The translations under genes and the position numbers were made by a program. From assembly GCA_038106515.1 (NCBI GenBank), contig JAYODZ010000001.1, positions 1-52,288 on the forward strand: a DNA stretch of 52,288 nt, written 5' to 3'. Positions 8,755 through 20,192 of the stretch are shown one piece after another (the stretch's first letter is position 1; each line of letters opens with the position of its first letter). The notes below the pieces were generated by a model. The model saw only the letters and a program-made list of their open reading frames with translations, did not search any database and had not been told where the DNA came from. This DNA comes from Rhodobiaceae bacterium. GTDB lineage: Bacteria > Pseudomonadota > Alphaproteobacteria > RS24.

Positions 8755-9780
8755 ATGACTGGAAAATTTCTCTCCCTCTTCGCTTCACGCAAACCTATGG
8801 CTGTACCGCCAATTTGGTTAATGCGACAGGCAGGCCGTTATCTGCCTGAATATCGTGCGACGCGGTTACAAGCTGGATCTTTTCTAGATCTTTGTTATCG
8901 ATCGGATTTAGCTGAGGAAGTAACGTTACAGCCAATCAGGCGCTATGGTTTTGATGCCTCGATCGTCTTTGCTGATATTTTATTATTGCCACAAGCGCTT
9001 GGGCAAAAGCTATGGTTTGCTGAGGGCGAAGGGCCGCGGTTAGAGCCAATTAGCAATCCAGACAAGCTTTCTCTCGACGGTTTCGATACGACCTTAGCAC
9101 CAGTTTATCAGACCATTTCTCGTTTGCGCCAATCGCTTCCAAAAGAGGTTGCTCTGATTGGATTTGCGGGTGCGCCGTGGACGGTTGCGAGTTATATGAT
9201 CGCTGGTCGCGGGACCCCCGATCAAGCACCAGCCAAACAGCTTTTGGCGCAAGATCGAGCAGCTTTTATGGCGATAATTGATCTGCTGACCGAGCAAAGC
9301 ATTCACTATCTTGAAGCGCAGGTTAAGAACGGCGCGCAATGTTTGCAAATTTTTGAGAGTTGGGCGCAAAGTCTAGCAGGACAAGATTTTGTCGATGTCT
9401 GTATTGCACCGGTGCGAAGAATAGTTGCCGGCTTGCGGGATCGCGGTGTCGATGTACCGATTATTGGATTTCCGCGGGCAGCGCAATATGACCTTGCTAA
9501 ATATGCGCGTGAAACGATGATTAATGCCTTATCGGTCGATCAGCATGTTGATTTGGCTGGGCTTGCTGATGGCTTAGATGAAGATGTTATTATTCAAGGG
9601 AACTTGGATCCAGAGATCTTGGTCAAGGGCGGCGATCAACTCACAAAGGCGATTGATCGTATTTGTGACAGCTTGCGCCACCGCCGGCATATTTTTAATT
9701 TAGGGCATGGCATTGTGCCGCAAACGCCGCCAGAGCATGTCGCTTATTTGGTTAATTATCTGCGATCTCGGGGAGAATGA
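8755..9780 (+). CDS. hemE: Uroporphyrinogen decarboxylase
   Basis: PPIWLMRQAGRYLPEYR signature, 341 aa. Confidence 0.95.
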   Translation: MTGKFLSLFASRKPMAVPPIWLMRQAGRYLPEYRATRLQAGSFLDLCYRSDLAEEVTLQPIRRYGFDASIVFADILLLPQALGQKLWFAEGEGPRLEPISNPDKLSLDGFDTTLAPVYQTISRLRQSLPKEVALIGFAGAPWTVASYMIAGRGTPDQAPAKQLLAQDRAAFMAIIDLLTEQSIHYLEAQVKNGAQCLQIFESWAQSLAGQDFVDVCIAPVRRIVAGLRDRGVDVPIIGFPRAAQYDLAKYARETMINALSVDQHVDLAGLADGLDEDVIIQGNLDPEILVKGGDQLTKAIDRICDSLRHRRHIFNLGHGIVPQTPPEHVAYLVNYLRSRGE

Positions 9781-10226
9781 TGGAATTTTTGCTGTCCTAT
9801 GAGCGCTGGTTTATTGCCTTTCACGTCATTTTCGTTCTTTTCTGGATGGCGGGGATATATTATCTACCGCGGCTTTTTGTTTATCATTGCGAAGCCCTGG
9901 AAAGCGGCAAAGACGCGGATGTTTTTTGTGTTATGGAAGCCAAGCTAATCAAAATTATTATGAATCCGGCGATGATGGCCGCTTGGTTGTTTGCAATTTT
10001 ATTGGTGTTGCGACCTGGCTTTTGGGAAGGCGCCGCGTATTGGTTTTATGTCAAACTTGCCTGCGTTTTGGCATTAACCGGCTTTCACATCTATTTGACC
10101 CGCACACACAAACGCTTGAGCGCTGGGGAAAATACAAAAACAAGTAAATTTTATCGAAAAATCAATGAAATAGGCCCGATTTTAACCATTATTATTGTAA
10201 TTATGGTTATTGTCAGGCCTGTCTGA
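9777..10226 (+). CDS. hemJ: Protoporphyrinogen IX oxidase HemJ (UPF0093 membrane protein)
   Basis: 149 aa, 4 predicted TM helices, FHVIFVLFWMAGIYYLPRLFVYH motif, and ATGA overlap with the hemE stop. Confidence 0.85.
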   Translation: MMEFLLSYERWFIAFHVIFVLFWMAGIYYLPRLFVYHCEALESGKDADVFCVMEAKLIKIIMNPAMMAAWLFAILLVLRPGFWEGAAYWFYVKLACVLALTGFHIYLTRTHKRLSAGENTKTSKFYRKINEIGPILTIIIVIMVIVRPV

Positions 10227-10351
10227 CCCCGCTGTACCCCTAGACGATGCGCTTTTTTCTGCTATAACACGATGAGTAGCGCTCAATCCCGCGCTTCACG
10301 TCCCTCCCTTAAAAATGTAGCGCTTTTAGACGCTTCTTCTCCGGTGACATT

Positions 10352-11617
10352 ATGAAACAGGTTAGACTTCAAGATCTCAAACAAAAAACGCCAACGGATC
10401 TTCTTGCTATTGCCGAGGCCAGCGAGATCGAAAACGCGTCATCAATGCTGAAGCAAGATATGATGTTCGCGATTTTGAAAAAATACGCTGACGATGGTGT
10501 TGAGATTATCGGCGAAGGGGTTGTTGAGGTTCTACAGGACGGTTTCGGATTTTTGCGTTCGCCAGATGCGAATTATCTACCAGGACCAGATGATATTTAC
10601 GTTAGCCCGTCGCAAATTCGCCGCTTTGGTTTACGCACTGGTGATACGATCGAGGGCGACATTCGTTCGCCGCGCGATGGTGAGCGCTATTTTGCCCTGG
10701 TGAAGGTCAATAAAATTAATTTTGAAGACCCCGATAAAGCAAGGCAAAAGGTACATTTCGATAACCTCACGCCGCTCTATCCTGATGAGCATTTTAAAAT
10801 GGAAATTCAGGATCCGGAAAGCAAGAATATGTCGAGCCGCGTGATCGATATTGTTGCGCCGCTCGGGAAAGGTCAGCGGGCGCTGATCGTAGCGCCGCCG
10901 CGGACAGGTAAGACAGTCTTATTACAGAGCATTGCCAAGTCGATCGCGGAAAATCATCCAGAATGTTATCTCATCGTATTATTGATTGATGAGCGGCCAG
11001 AAGAAGTAACCGATATGCAGCGCAGTGTGCGCGGCGAGGTTGTGTCTTCAACTTTTGACGAGCCAGCAACGCGTCACGTGCAGGTCGCCGAGATGGTGAT
11101 CGAAAAAGCTAAACGCTTGGTCGAGCACGGCCGAGATGTCGTGATTTTGCTCGACAGTATTACCCGCTTGGGCCGTGCCTATAATACGGTGGTGCCGTCT
11201 TCGGGCAAGGTTCTCACGGGCGGTGTTGATGCCAATGCCTTGCAGCGGCCGAAGCGCTTTTTCGGCGCGGCGCGGAATATTGAGGAAGGCGGCTCGCTCA
11301 CAATTATCTCCACCGCTCTGATTGAAACCGGTAGTCGGATGGACGAAGTTATTTTCGAAGAGTTTAAAGGTACCGGTAACTCAGAAATCGTGCTTGACCG
11401 CAAAGTCGCAGATAAGCGCGTCTTCCCTGCTATTGATATTATGAAGTCGGGCACGCGGAAAGAAGAGCTGCTGGTTGAGCGCGCTACCTTGAGCAAAATT
11501 TATGTCTTACGCCGGATTCTCAACCCGATGGGTACGGTCGATGCGATCGAGTTCTTACTCGATAAGTTGAAGCAGACGAAAGTGAATGCCGAGTTCTTCG
11601 ACTCGATGAATACGTAA
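10352..11617 (+). CDS. rho: Transcription termination factor Rho
   Basis: 421 aa with the GFGFLR RNP1 motif and [11 protein letters not shown] Walker A. Confidence 0.97.
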   Translation: MKQVRLQDLKQKTPTDLLAIAEASEIENASSMLKQDMMFAILKKYADDGVEIIGEGVVEVLQDGFGFLRSPDANYLPGPDDIYVSPSQIRRFGLRTGDTIEGDIRSPRDGERYFALVKVNKINFEDPDKARQKVHFDNLTPLYPDEHFKMEIQDPESKNMSSRVIDIVAPLGKGQRALIVAPPRTGKTVLLQSIAKSIAENHPECYLIVLLIDERPEEVTDMQRSVRGEVVSSTFDEPATRHVQVAEMVIEKAKRLVEHGRDVVILLDSITRLGRAYNTVVPSSGKVLTGGVDANALQRPKRFFGAARNIEEGGSLTIISTALIETGSRMDEVIFEEFKGTGNSEIVLDRKVADKRVFPAIDIMKSGTRKEELLVERATLSKIYVLRRILNPMGTVDAIEFLLDKLKQTKVNAEFFDSMNT

Positions 11618-11619
11618 GT

Positions 11620-12318
11620 TTACGCCCCTGATAAAGCGCTTGAGAGCAAATCTAAGCTCCGTTGATTGGCAACTGAGGCGGCTTGCGCGCTGTAATGCTC
11701 TCCGCCTTCGCGGGCGAAGGCATGATCGTCATCGGGGTAAATATGGATTGTGATCTGGCCATGGCCGCCAAGCCCGTTTTCGATGGCGCCCTGAGCCTCC
11801 GGCGGGCAGAATTGATCGAGGCCGGCAATGTGTAACATCAGCGGCGCCTTTATGTTGCTGGCCTCATCAAGCATGTCCTCAATGCCAACGCCGTAATAGC
11901 CGATTGCGGCATCGGCGTCGGTACGGCAGGCCGACATATAGGCAAGCTTGCCGCCAAGACAGAACCCCATAACCCCAACTTTTCCGCTGCAAGCAGAATG
12001 GTTGCGGAGGCTGGTAATGGCGGCTTGTAGATCGCGGGCGCCGGCATCGGCATCAAATTTTCCGTACAGCTCAAAGGCTTTCTGCCATTCGGCCTCAGAC
12101 TTGTCCGTCAGCTCAATACCTGGCTCAATGCGCCAAAACATATCGGGGCAGAGCGCCACATAACCTTGGCCGGCGAGCCAATCGGCGATGCCGCGCATAT
12201 TAGCATTGACGCCGAAAATCTCTTGCACCACGACGACGCCTGGGCCGCTGCCTGTTTCGGGCAAGGCCAAATAGCCATTAAAACTTCCGTCTTTGGTCTC
12301 AATTTTCATCTGGGTCAT
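11620..12318 (-). CDS. Dienelactone hydrolase family protein
   Basis: 232 aa alpha/beta hydrolase with the GFCLGG nucleophile-Cys elbow and a C-terminal DDHAF motif. Confidence 0.85.
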   Translation of the reverse strand: MTQMKIETKDGSFNGYLALPETGSGPGVVVVQEIFGVNANMRGIADWLAGQGYVALCPDMFWRIEPGIELTDKSEAEWQKAFELYGKFDADAGARDLQAAITSLRNHSACSGKVGVMGFCLGGKLAYMSACRTDADAAIGYYGVGIEDMLDEASNIKAPLMLHIAGLDQFCPPEAQGAIENGLGGHGQITIHIYPDDDHAFAREGGEHYSAQAASVANQRSLDLLSSALSGA

Positions 12319-12331
12319 GCGTATCCTCCGA

Positions 12332-14356
12332 TCAAGATGACGATAGGTTAAGTCTGGAAAGCTGCTCTTTCAAGGCCAGAATTGAGTTGACGGGCGCTAG
12401 GCACGCCCCCGTCGGGCAGAGATAAACCGTCGGCCTATCGTCCAGCCGGGTCTTGCCATGGGCGGGATGCGTCGTCGATAAGGCGGAAGCGTTTTCAAGG
12501 CTAGGAAGGATCAGCATGTCGGGACCACAGGCTTCGGCAAGAAGGCGGTAAAGCGCGCGGTAATCGGGATTGTCAAAATCATCGGTTATAATAACGGCTG
12601 TTATGGCGTTATCGAGAAGTCTTGCGGCGCCGAGAAAGCGCGGCATTTGAATGTAAGAGCGCGGCAGGAGGCCGCTAAAATTCTGCCTTAGGTTAGCGGC
12701 ACGGTCATAATAAGCCCGCGCCCCCGTCACATGCGCTAGCTTGGCGAGAACCAAGAGGGCGGAGCCGTTGAGGCTCGGCATGGCATTATCAAAAATAGGG
12801 CGGTTATGAACCAAAATGTCGTTTTGTGTTGCGGCCGCTGAACTATAGCCGCCACGGCAGGCGTGCGCCTTCTCGAGATGCGCCATCCAGGCTTCAGACT
12901 GTGTCAAGTAATCGCGTTGGCCAGTGGCGCTATAGAGGTGCAGCGCCGCATCGCTCATCAGCACGAGATCTTCGCCCAATCCGAGCGGCATGCGATTGTC
13001 GCCGCGCACGCTATGTACCAGCCCGTCGCCTTCGGAAAGGTCGGACACGATGGCGGCAAAAGCGCGCTCTGCTAGCGCCAGCCAATCGGCGCGATCCATA
13101 ACAATGGCGGCTTCACATAGCCCGGCGATTAACAAACCGTTCCAATCCGCGAGCACCTTATCGTCCTGCCCGGGCGGTATCCGACGCGTCCGCGTAGCAA
13201 GGAGCTGCGCCCGCAAAGCTTTGAGATGGTCGCTGTCGGTTTCATCTTGGCCAAGGCGGTTCGGGATATTATTGCCTTCGAACTGTCCATTTCGGCTACA
13301 CCCATAGGCCGCGGCGAAGGTTTCCCGATCTTGCCCGAGAATGTGACCCAGCTCGTCCCACGACCAAACATAATATTTGCCTTCCTCGTCCTCGCTATCT
13401 GCGTCGAGGCTGGCGGCGAAATAGCCAGGCTGCAATAACATCTCGCGCGTCAGCCATGTTACGGTTTCTTCAATGCGGCGGGCATATAGCGGGTTTTTCG
13501 TGATGCGCCAGGCTTGCGCTAACCAGCTCAGCAGCAGCCCATTATCATAGAGCATTTTTTCGAAATGTGGGATTAACCAAGCGGCATCAACGGTATAGCG
13601 AGAAAAGCCGCCCCCGAGGTGGTCATAAATACCGCCCTGACAAATTTGTGAAAGCGTGTGCAGGACGCGCGATGACGCCAGCTTGTCTCTCTCAATATGC
13701 GCCTGGTCGAGCAAAAAGCGATAGAGCACGGGTTGTGGAAATTGCGGCGCGCCACCCATGCCGCCATGGGTTTCGTCAATATGTGCAGTGATGCTGCGGA
13801 GCGCACGCCCCGGGAGGTCGGGCGGGTAATCGCCGGCGGCATCGCGGGTGGCTTGCGCGGTCAGCCCGTCTTTCAGGGCGCGCATATTGGTTTCAATCTG
13901 TGGATCGCCCTTTTGATAGGCTTCGGAAATTTGCTGAAGCAACTGGAAGAAGCCGGGCCGCCCATAGGCCGGTGTTTTCGGAAAATACGTGCCGCCCCAA
14001 AAGGGCCGGCCGCTATGGTCGAGGAACATTGTCAGTGGCCAGCCCCCTTGTTCGCCCATCATTGAAAGCGCCGTCATGTAAATATCGTCAATATCGGGGC
14101 GCTCCTCGCGATCAACCTTGACGCAGACAAAATGTTCATTCATCACCGCCGCGACGTCGTCATCTTCAAAGCTCTCATGCGCCATGACGTGGCACCAGTG
14201 GCAGGCGGCATAGCCGATCGACAATAAGATCGGCAGTCCTCGCGTCCGCGCCTCCTCGAGGGCGGCCGCATTCCACCCCGTCCAATGCACAGGATTATCT
14301 GCATGTTGCAGAAGATAGGGACTGGTTTCAAAGCGTAGAAGATTTTCCGAAGGCAT
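12332..14356 (-). CDS. Thioredoxin-domain protein of the YyaL/DUF255 (SSP411-like) family
   Basis: N-terminus [21 protein letters not shown]...[11 protein letters not shown] followed by a large alpha/alpha-toroid-like region, 674 aa. Confidence 0.85.
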   Translation of the reverse strand: MPSENLLRFETSPYLLQHADNPVHWTGWNAAALEEARTRGLPILLSIGYAACHWCHVMAHESFEDDDVAAVMNEHFVCVKVDREERPDIDDIYMTALSMMGEQGGWPLTMFLDHSGRPFWGGTYFPKTPAYGRPGFFQLLQQISEAYQKGDPQIETNMRALKDGLTAQATRDAAGDYPPDLPGRALRSITAHIDETHGGMGGAPQFPQPVLYRFLLDQAHIERDKLASSRVLHTLSQICQGGIYDHLGGGFSRYTVDAAWLIPHFEKMLYDNGLLLSWLAQAWRITKNPLYARRIEETVTWLTREMLLQPGYFAASLDADSEDEEGKYYVWSWDELGHILGQDRETFAAAYGCSRNGQFEGNNIPNRLGQDETDSDHLKALRAQLLATRTRRIPPGQDDKVLADWNGLLIAGLCEAAIVMDRADWLALAERAFAAIVSDLSEGDGLVHSVRGDNRMPLGLGEDLVLMSDAALHLYSATGQRDYLTQSEAWMAHLEKAHACRGGYSSAAATQNDILVHNRPIFDNAMPSLNGSALLVLAKLAHVTGARAYYDRAANLRQNFSGLLPRSYIQMPRFLGAARLLDNAITAVIITDDFDNPDYRALYRLLAEACGPDMLILPSLENASALSTTHPAHGKTRLDDRPTVYLCPTGACLAPVNSILALKEQLSRLNLSSS

Positions 14357-14434
14357 GGTAAAGAGGCTAGTCGATTTCCGGTTGGCGGGAAACGCGGCAA
14401 AACGAACTAATTTATGTGGCGGGTGAAACGGCCA

Positions 14435-15751
14435 ATGACAATTTATGCTCTCGCAACACCAGTAGGACGATCAGCTCTAGCTGTTATCCGTTTAAGTGGC
14501 GCTCGGGCTGGTGACGCGCTGAAGGCGTTGACGCAAAAGCCGTTGCCAGTGGCGCGCGAGGCGCGGGTGCGGCCGTTGCTCTGCCCCGAAACGGGGCGCG
14601 AGCTCGACCACGCATTGGTTTTGTGGATGCCCGGCCCGCATAGCTTTACTGGCGAGGACTGCGTCGAGATCCATGCCCATGGCGGCCTTGCTGTTATTGA
14701 CAGTATTTTGACAGCGTTGGCCGGCATCAAAGGCTTGCGCCCGGCCGAGGCTGGTGAATTCACGCGGCGCGCGGTGGTCAATGGCCGGCTCGATTTGACC
14801 GCCGCCGAAGCCATTGGCGATTTGATCGATGCCGAGACCAGCGCGCAACAACAACAAGCGTTGCGGCAGATGCGCGGGGCTCTTGGCGTTCTATATAATG
14901 GTTGGCGTGACCGCATTAAAACGGCACTGGCGCATCTCGAGGCCGACATTGAATTTGCCGATGAAGATTTGCCCGGCGGGCTGGGCCAGGGTGCGCTCGC
15001 CGGTCTCGAGGGGCTGGCGGAAGAAATTGCCGACCACCTTGCTGATCAACGAGGCGAACGTCTGCGCGCCGGCGTGTCGGTTGCTATTATCGGAAGCCCA
15101 AACGCCGGAAAGTCTAGCATTATCAATATATTAGCAAAAAGGGACGCGGCTATTGTTTCGCCGCAAGCGGGCACCACCAGGGACGTCGTTGAGGTGTCTC
15201 TGGTAATGGCGGGTGTGCCCGTCACGATTGCCGATACGGCTGGGTTGCGCCAGTCGGGCGATGATATTGAGATGCAAGGCGTGGCGCGGGCTAGGCGGCG
15301 AGCCGAGGAGGCGGATATCCGCCTGCTCGTGATCGCCCCTGATGCGCCCCCTGGCGATGCCGTTGATTTATTGATTGCCGGTGATTTTTGTCTCGCTAAT
15401 AAGGCAGATCTTGGGCCGGCGGCGGCCGCGTTACCCGATGGCGTGCGGCCGATAGCTTTGTCGGCTCTGACGGGGCAAGGGGTCGAAGCGTTTCAAGCCA
15501 TTCTCACGGCGATCTTGGGCGAGCGATTTGGGCTCGCCGAACAGCCGGCTTTGACGCGCGCCCGACATCGCGCGGCGCTGGAAGAGGCCTTATCTTATTT
15601 ACAAACAGCTGACGCAATACGGCATCGGGCGTTGGAATTGGCGGCTGAGGATTTGCGCCTCGCCAGTCGCGCTTTAGGCCGGATAACGGGGCAGGTCGAT
15701 ATTGAGGCCTTGCTTGATATTGTTTTCGCCGATTTTTGCATTGGTAAATAA
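14435..15751 (+). CDS. mnmE: tRNA uridine-5-carboxymethylaminomethyl modification GTPase MnmE
   Basis: MTIYALATPVGRSALAVIRLSG start, GSPNAGKSS G1 motif and C-terminal FCIGK. The ORF-track start at 14414 is 7 codons upstream. Confidence 0.93.
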   Translation: MTIYALATPVGRSALAVIRLSGARAGDALKALTQKPLPVAREARVRPLLCPETGRELDHALVLWMPGPHSFTGEDCVEIHAHGGLAVIDSILTALAGIKGLRPAEAGEFTRRAVVNGRLDLTAAEAIGDLIDAETSAQQQQALRQMRGALGVLYNGWRDRIKTALAHLEADIEFADEDLPGGLGQGALAGLEGLAEEIADHLADQRGERLRAGVSVAIIGSPNAGKSSIINILAKRDAAIVSPQAGTTRDVVEVSLVMAGVPVTIADTAGLRQSGDDIEMQGVARARRRAEEADIRLLVIAPDAPPGDAVDLLIAGDFCLANKADLGPAAAALPDGVRPIALSALTGQGVEAFQAILTAILGERFGLAEQPALTRARHRAALEEALSYLQTADAIRHRALELAAEDLRLASRALGRITGQVDIEALLDIVFADFCIGK

Positions 15752-15763
15752 AACCAAGTAAAA

Positions 15764-15779
15764 TGTTTCACGTGAAACA
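15764..15779. promoter_or_regulatory. parS centromere site, perfect 16-bp palindrome TGTTTCACGTGAAACA
   Basis: Read directly. It is intergenic between mnmE and mnmG. Confidence 0.9.
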
Positions 15780-15843
15780 CTGGCGGGTGAATTTTGCGCT
15801 GGCGGGTCTTGCTCCCACAACAGCTAAGCAGTAAAAGCGATCC

Positions 15844-17748
15844 ATGAATGAAGCATTGATCCTCGGGCTAGAGCCTAATGCGGCGGCACAACAGCTGTGG
15901 GACGTTATCGTGATTGGTGGCGGCCATGCGGGTTGCGAAGCTGCGGGGGCGGCGGCGCGCAGTGGCGCCAAAACACTGTTGGTGACCCATAAAATTGAGA
16001 CCATTGGTGAAATGTCCTGTAATCCTGCGATTGGCGGTGTCGGAAAGGGGCATTTGGTGCGAGAAATTGATGCCCTAGATGGCTATATGGGGCGGGTGGC
16101 GGACCGCGCTGGTATCCAGTTTCGGCTTTTAAACCGCCGAAAAGGACCCGCAGTGCGTGGGCCGCGAGCGCAAGCTGATCGCAAATTATACCGCCAGGCC
16201 ATGCAAACCGCCATTGCCGATAGTGAAGGCCTGTCGGTTTTGGCCGCGGCGGTTGAGGATATTATCGTGCAAGATGGCCGCGTTGTGGGGGTTGAGACCG
16301 CCGAGGGTCATAAGTTGCGCGCTGGCGCCGTGGTTTTAACCACGGGAACATTTTTGGATGGGCTTATTCACATTGGCGAGGAGCGTATTCCGGCTGGCCG
16401 CCATGGTGAGGCGCCGGCGCGGCGTTTGTCGCAGCGGCTCTATGGTTTAGACCTAAAGCTGGGTCGGTTGAAAACCGGAACGCCAGCGCGGCTCGATGGC
16501 AAAACCATCGCTTATGAGCGCTTGGAGGAGCAGCCGGGGGATCAGCCGCCAGTGCCGTTCTCATTCCTGACGACGGAAATTACGACACCGCAGACGGTTT
16601 GCCATATCACGGGCACGACTGAGGAAACAATTGCGCTGATCGCTGCCAATGTTTCGAAATCGCCGGTTTATTCTGGCCAAATTGCAGGCGTCGGGCCGCG
16701 TTATTGCCCCTCGATTGAAGATAAGGTCGTCCGCTTTCCAGATCGGATGCGGCATCAGATTTTTCTCGAGCCGGAGGGGCTGGATGACGATACTGTTTAC
16801 CCGAATGGCATTTCAACCTCGCTGCCGAGTGGCTTGCAGGATGCCTTTATTCGAACCATTCCCGGGCTAGAGAAGGTGCGAATCATCCGCCCAGGCTATG
16901 CGATTGAATATGATTACGTTGATCCGCGGGAATTATTACCCAATCTCGAAAGCAAGAAAGTGCCAGGCCTTTTTCTTGCTGGTCAAATCAATGGCACGAC
17001 GGGATATGAAGAGGCTGGCGGGCAGGGCTTGATTGCGGGCCTGAATGCGGCGCGGCGGGCTGGTGACCAAGATCCGGTCTATTTTGATCGGGCCGAGGCC
17101 TATTTGGGCGTTATGATTGATGACTTGGTGACGAAAGGGGTGAGCGAACCCTATCGCATGTTCACCGCCCGGGCAGAATATCGGTTGAGCCTGCGGGCCG
17201 ATAATGCCGATCAGCGCTTGACCCCAAAGGGAATTGCGGTTGGTTTGGTTGGGGCTACGCGGGCGCAGGCGTTTCAAGCAAAAATGCGGGATCTCGAGGC
17301 AGCGCGCGCGGTTGCGAGCCGGCTTAATATGACGCCCAATCAGGCGGCGCAATATGGCTTGATGCTGAATGCTGATGGCGTAAGGCGCAATTTGTTTGAT
17401 TTGTTGGCGCATCCGCAGATAGATTTTGACACTATGATGGCGATTTGGCCTGAAATTGCGGCGTGGCCGGAGCCAATTCGAAGCCAAATCGAGACGGATG
17501 CACAATATGCTGGCTATCTTGACCGTCAAGATGCCGATATTGCCGCTTTCCGCCGCGATGAGAATTTTGTTCTGCCGAGTGACATCGATTATATGGCGCA
17601 ACCGGGTTTAGCAACGGAAATAAGGCAAAAACTAGAGGCGACGCGGCCCGTTACATTGGGGCAAGCAGCCAGAATTGACGGCATGACGCCGGCCGCCCTT
17701 ACACAGCTCTTGCATATTGCAAAGAAAGCGGCGCTGGCGGCTGAGTAA
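15844..17748 (+). CDS. mnmG: tRNA uridine 5-carboxymethylaminomethyl modification enzyme MnmG (GidA)
   Basis: 634 aa with the [18 protein letters not shown] motif. Confidence 0.96.
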   Translation: MNEALILGLEPNAAAQQLWDVIVIGGGHAGCEAAGAAARSGAKTLLVTHKIETIGEMSCNPAIGGVGKGHLVREIDALDGYMGRVADRAGIQFRLLNRRKGPAVRGPRAQADRKLYRQAMQTAIADSEGLSVLAAAVEDIIVQDGRVVGVETAEGHKLRAGAVVLTTGTFLDGLIHIGEERIPAGRHGEAPARRLSQRLYGLDLKLGRLKTGTPARLDGKTIAYERLEEQPGDQPPVPFSFLTTEITTPQTVCHITGTTEETIALIAANVSKSPVYSGQIAGVGPRYCPSIEDKVVRFPDRMRHQIFLEPEGLDDDTVYPNGISTSLPSGLQDAFIRTIPGLEKVRIIRPGYAIEYDYVDPRELLPNLESKKVPGLFLAGQINGTTGYEEAGGQGLIAGLNAARRAGDQDPVYFDRAEAYLGVMIDDLVTKGVSEPYRMFTARAEYRLSLRADNADQRLTPKGIAVGLVGATRAQAFQAKMRDLEAARAVASRLNMTPNQAAQYGLMLNADGVRRNLFDLLAHPQIDFDTMMAIWPEIAAWPEPIRSQIETDAQYAGYLDRQDADIAAFRRDENFVLPSDIDYMAQPGLATEIRQKLEATRPVTLGQAARIDGMTPAALTQLLHIAKKAALAAE

Positions 17749-17753
17749 ACCCG

Positions 17754-18386
17754 ATGGATGTCCGCGCGTTTCAGTCTGAATTCAATGTTTCACGTGAAAC
17801 ACTTGCGCGCCTAACGGCTTATGAGGCGCTATTACGCAAGTGGCAGCAGAAAATTAATCTCGTCGGCCCCTCGACGATAGACCATATATGGCAGCGGCAT
17901 TTCGCGGACTCGCTGCAATTAATGCCCCTCATCCCCGAAACGGCGCGCAATTGGGTCGATCTTGGCTCTGGCGCGGGCTTTCCGGGCGCAGTTGCGGCGT
18001 TGGCCGGTTTTCACGGTGAGGTGTATTTGATCGAGAGCGACAAGCGAAAGGCGGCGTTTTTGCAAGCCGTCGGCCGCGAGACGGGGCGTGAGCTAACCGT
18101 CTTGGCGGATCGCATTGAAGATGTTGCCGTCTCGCGCAAAATCGCGGCCGATATTATTTCGGCCCGGGCGCTGGCGCCTTTGGCTAAACTTTTGGAGCTT
18201 GCGGCGCCGTTTATCGGGCCGCAAAGCTGTGCGCTGTTTTTAAAAGGCCGTGATTGGCAGGCTGAAATTGTGGCGGCAGAGGTCGATTGGTCATTTCGTG
18301 CTGAGGTTTTTCCAAGCCGCACCGATGACGCGGCGCGGGTGATAAAACTCACACAAATTATGCGTCGTGACGAAGAAAAGATTTAA
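17754..18386 (+). CDS. rsmG: 16S rRNA (guanine527-N7)-methyltransferase RsmG (GidB)
   Basis: DLGSGAGFPG SAM motif and position after mnmG. Confidence 0.92.
   Translation: MDVRAFQSEFNVSRETLARLTAYEALLRKWQQKINLVGPSTIDHIWQRHFADSLQLMPLIPETARNWVDLGSGAGFPGAVAALAGFHGEVYLIESDKRKAAFLQAVGRETGRELTVLADRIEDVAVSRKIAADIISARALAPLAKLLELAAPFIGPQSCALFLKGRDWQAEIVAAEVDWSFRAEVFPSRTDDAARVIKLTQIMRRDEEKI
17786..17801. promoter_or_regulatory. parS centromere site, perfect TGTTTCACGTGAAACA, inside the rsmG coding sequence
   Basis: Read directly. It encodes residues NVSRET of RsmG. Confidence 0.9.
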
Positions 18387-18427
18387 CCTGATCCGCTGCC
18401 GGCGGTAGACTGTGCCCAGAGGCCTCG

Positions 18428-19297
18428 ATGACAGAAATTGAAACACCGCATGGAGCGCCGCAGGAAGCCGCCTCGGATCATCAGGCTGAGGGTCAAGCGT
18501 CCTCGCGGTGCCGCATTTTAACCATCGCCAATCAAAAGGGTGGTGTTGGTAAAACAACAACTGCGATTAATTTGGCAACGGCGTTGGCGGCGATTGGTGA
18601 GCCGGTGCTCTTGATCGACGTCGACCCGCAAGGCAATGCCAGTACGGGGCTCGGGGTTAACCCGGCTGACCGTAAGCAAAGCAGCTTCGATGTTTTGTTG
18701 GGCGAAACCGAAATTACCGATGCGATCACGCCGACATTGGTGCCAGGATTAGATTTAGTACCAGCGAGTATGGACCTGTTGGGTATCGAAGTTGAATTGG
18801 CAGAAAACCCCCGCCGGCTTTATATGTTGAAAGACGCGGTGCGGCGATACATCGACGCTGGTGGGCCGGCGCGGCTGATTTTTATCGACTGTCCGCCATC
18901 TCTGAACATGCTGACCTTGAATGCCATGGTAGCGGCGCAGTCGATTTTGGTGCCGCTGCAAACCGAGTTCTTTGCCCTCGAAGGCTTGAGCCAGCTCATG
19001 GCAACGGTTCAGCAAGTGCAGTCGACGCTCAATCCGCAATTAGATATTCAGGGCATTGTGCTGACCATGTATGACCCACGCAATAATTTATCGACGCAGG
19101 TTGAAGAGGATGTGCGGGCGCATTTCGCAGACAAGGTCTATCAGACAGTGATCCCGCGCAATGTCCGGTTATCGGAAGCGCCGTCGCATGGCAAGCCGGC
19201 TCTATTATATGATCATAAATGCTCTGGCAGTACGGCTTATATGAAGCTGGCCTCCGAGCTTATTCGGCGCGAGCGCGCTGGCGAGTTGAGAGGGTAA
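18428..19297 (+). CDS. parA: Chromosome partitioning ATPase ParA
   Basis: ANQKGGVGKTTT deviant Walker A, 289 aa. Confidence 0.95.
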   Translation: MTEIETPHGAPQEAASDHQAEGQASSRCRILTIANQKGGVGKTTTAINLATALAAIGEPVLLIDVDPQGNASTGLGVNPADRKQSSFDVLLGETEITDAITPTLVPGLDLVPASMDLLGIEVELAENPRRLYMLKDAVRRYIDAGGPARLIFIDCPPSLNMLTLNAMVAAQSILVPLQTEFFALEGLSQLMATVQQVQSTLNPQLDIQGIVLTMYDPRNNLSTQVEEDVRAHFADKVYQTVIPRNVRLSEAPSHGKPALLYDHKCSGSTAYMKLASELIRRERAGELRG

Positions 19298-19298
19298 G

Positions 19299-20192
19299 AT
19301 GAGCAAGGCAAAATCACGCGGGTTGGGACGTGGCTTATCGGCGCTCATTGGCGAAGCACCGCAACCCGTCGAGGCGGAGGGCGCCGGAGCAGAAGCCGCT
19401 ACCGCCAGTACTAAGGCGCAGCGTCCGAACCGCTTGGGGATTGATAAATTGCGGCCTGGCAAGTTTCAGCCGCGCCAGAATTTTGCCGAAGACGAGTTAG
19501 ACGCCCTATCTAAATCATTGAAATCAAAAGGAATTCTTCAGCCCCTTCTGGTTCGCCCGAGTGGCCAAGGCTATGAAATTATTGCTGGCGAACGCCGCTG
19601 GCGGGCAGCGCAGCGCGCTGGATTGCACGACGTGCCGGTTATTATTGAGGAGCTGAGTGATCAAGACGCGTTGGAAATTGGCATTATTGAGAATGTGCAA
19701 CGCGCCGATTTAAATCCGATGGAAGAGGCGCAAGCGCTACAACGCCTGATGGATGAGTTTCGCTATACGCAAGAGGCGATGGCCAGCACGATTGGTAAAA
19801 GCCGCAGCCACATCGCTAATATGTTGCGGTTGAATAATTTGCCCGACGCGGTCCGCGCGTTGGTGATGCAGAATAAATTATCCGCGGGGCATGCTCGTGC
19901 GCTGGTCGGGCACGCCGATGCCGCGGCGCTCGCCGCTAAGGTTGTTGCGGAGGGGCTCAGCGTTCGTGCGCTCGAAAAATTAATCGCCGGCGCGCGTAAG
20001 TCTGGCGCCACGAGCAAGGGTAAAAGCGCCGAAGAAAAAGACGCCGATACGCGCGCGTTGGAAAAAACCTTGAGCGATGATCTTGGCTTAAAGGTCGATA
20101 TTCAGGATCAAGCGGGACGCGGGCAGTTGACCATTCAATATAAAAGCCTGGAGCAACTCGATGAGGTTATACGCCGTCTGTTGCGCGGGTAA
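19299..20192 (+). CDS. parB: Chromosome partitioning protein ParB
   Basis: GERRWRAA arginine patch and HTH region, immediately after parA. Confidence 0.95.
   Translation: MSKAKSRGLGRGLSALIGEAPQPVEAEGAGAEAATASTKAQRPNRLGIDKLRPGKFQPRQNFAEDELDALSKSLKSKGILQPLLVRPSGQGYEIIAGERRWRAAQRAGLHDVPVIIEELSDQDALEIGIIENVQRADLNPMEEAQALQRLMDEFRYTQEAMASTIGKSRSHIANMLRLNNLPDAVRALVMQNKLSAGHARALVGHADAAALAAKVVAEGLSVRALEKLIAGARKSGATSKGKSAEEKDADTRALEKTLSDDLGLKVDIQDQAGRGQLTIQYKSLEQLDEVIRRLLRG

Noticed and set aside
10205-10290. Hairpin GTCAG-N6-CTGAC at the hemJ stop and a GCGC plus T-run in the rho leader, considered as terminator or attenuator
   Set aside because: The stems are short (5 bp or less) and lack a convincing adjoining T-tract. 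Autoregulation through the Rho leader is plausible from the literature, but the sequence alone does not support a specific structure.
16936-17601. 221-aa minus-strand ORF antisense to mnmG
   Set aside because: It lies entirely within the strongly supported mnmG. The translation is Arg/Ile/Pro-rich with no motifs.
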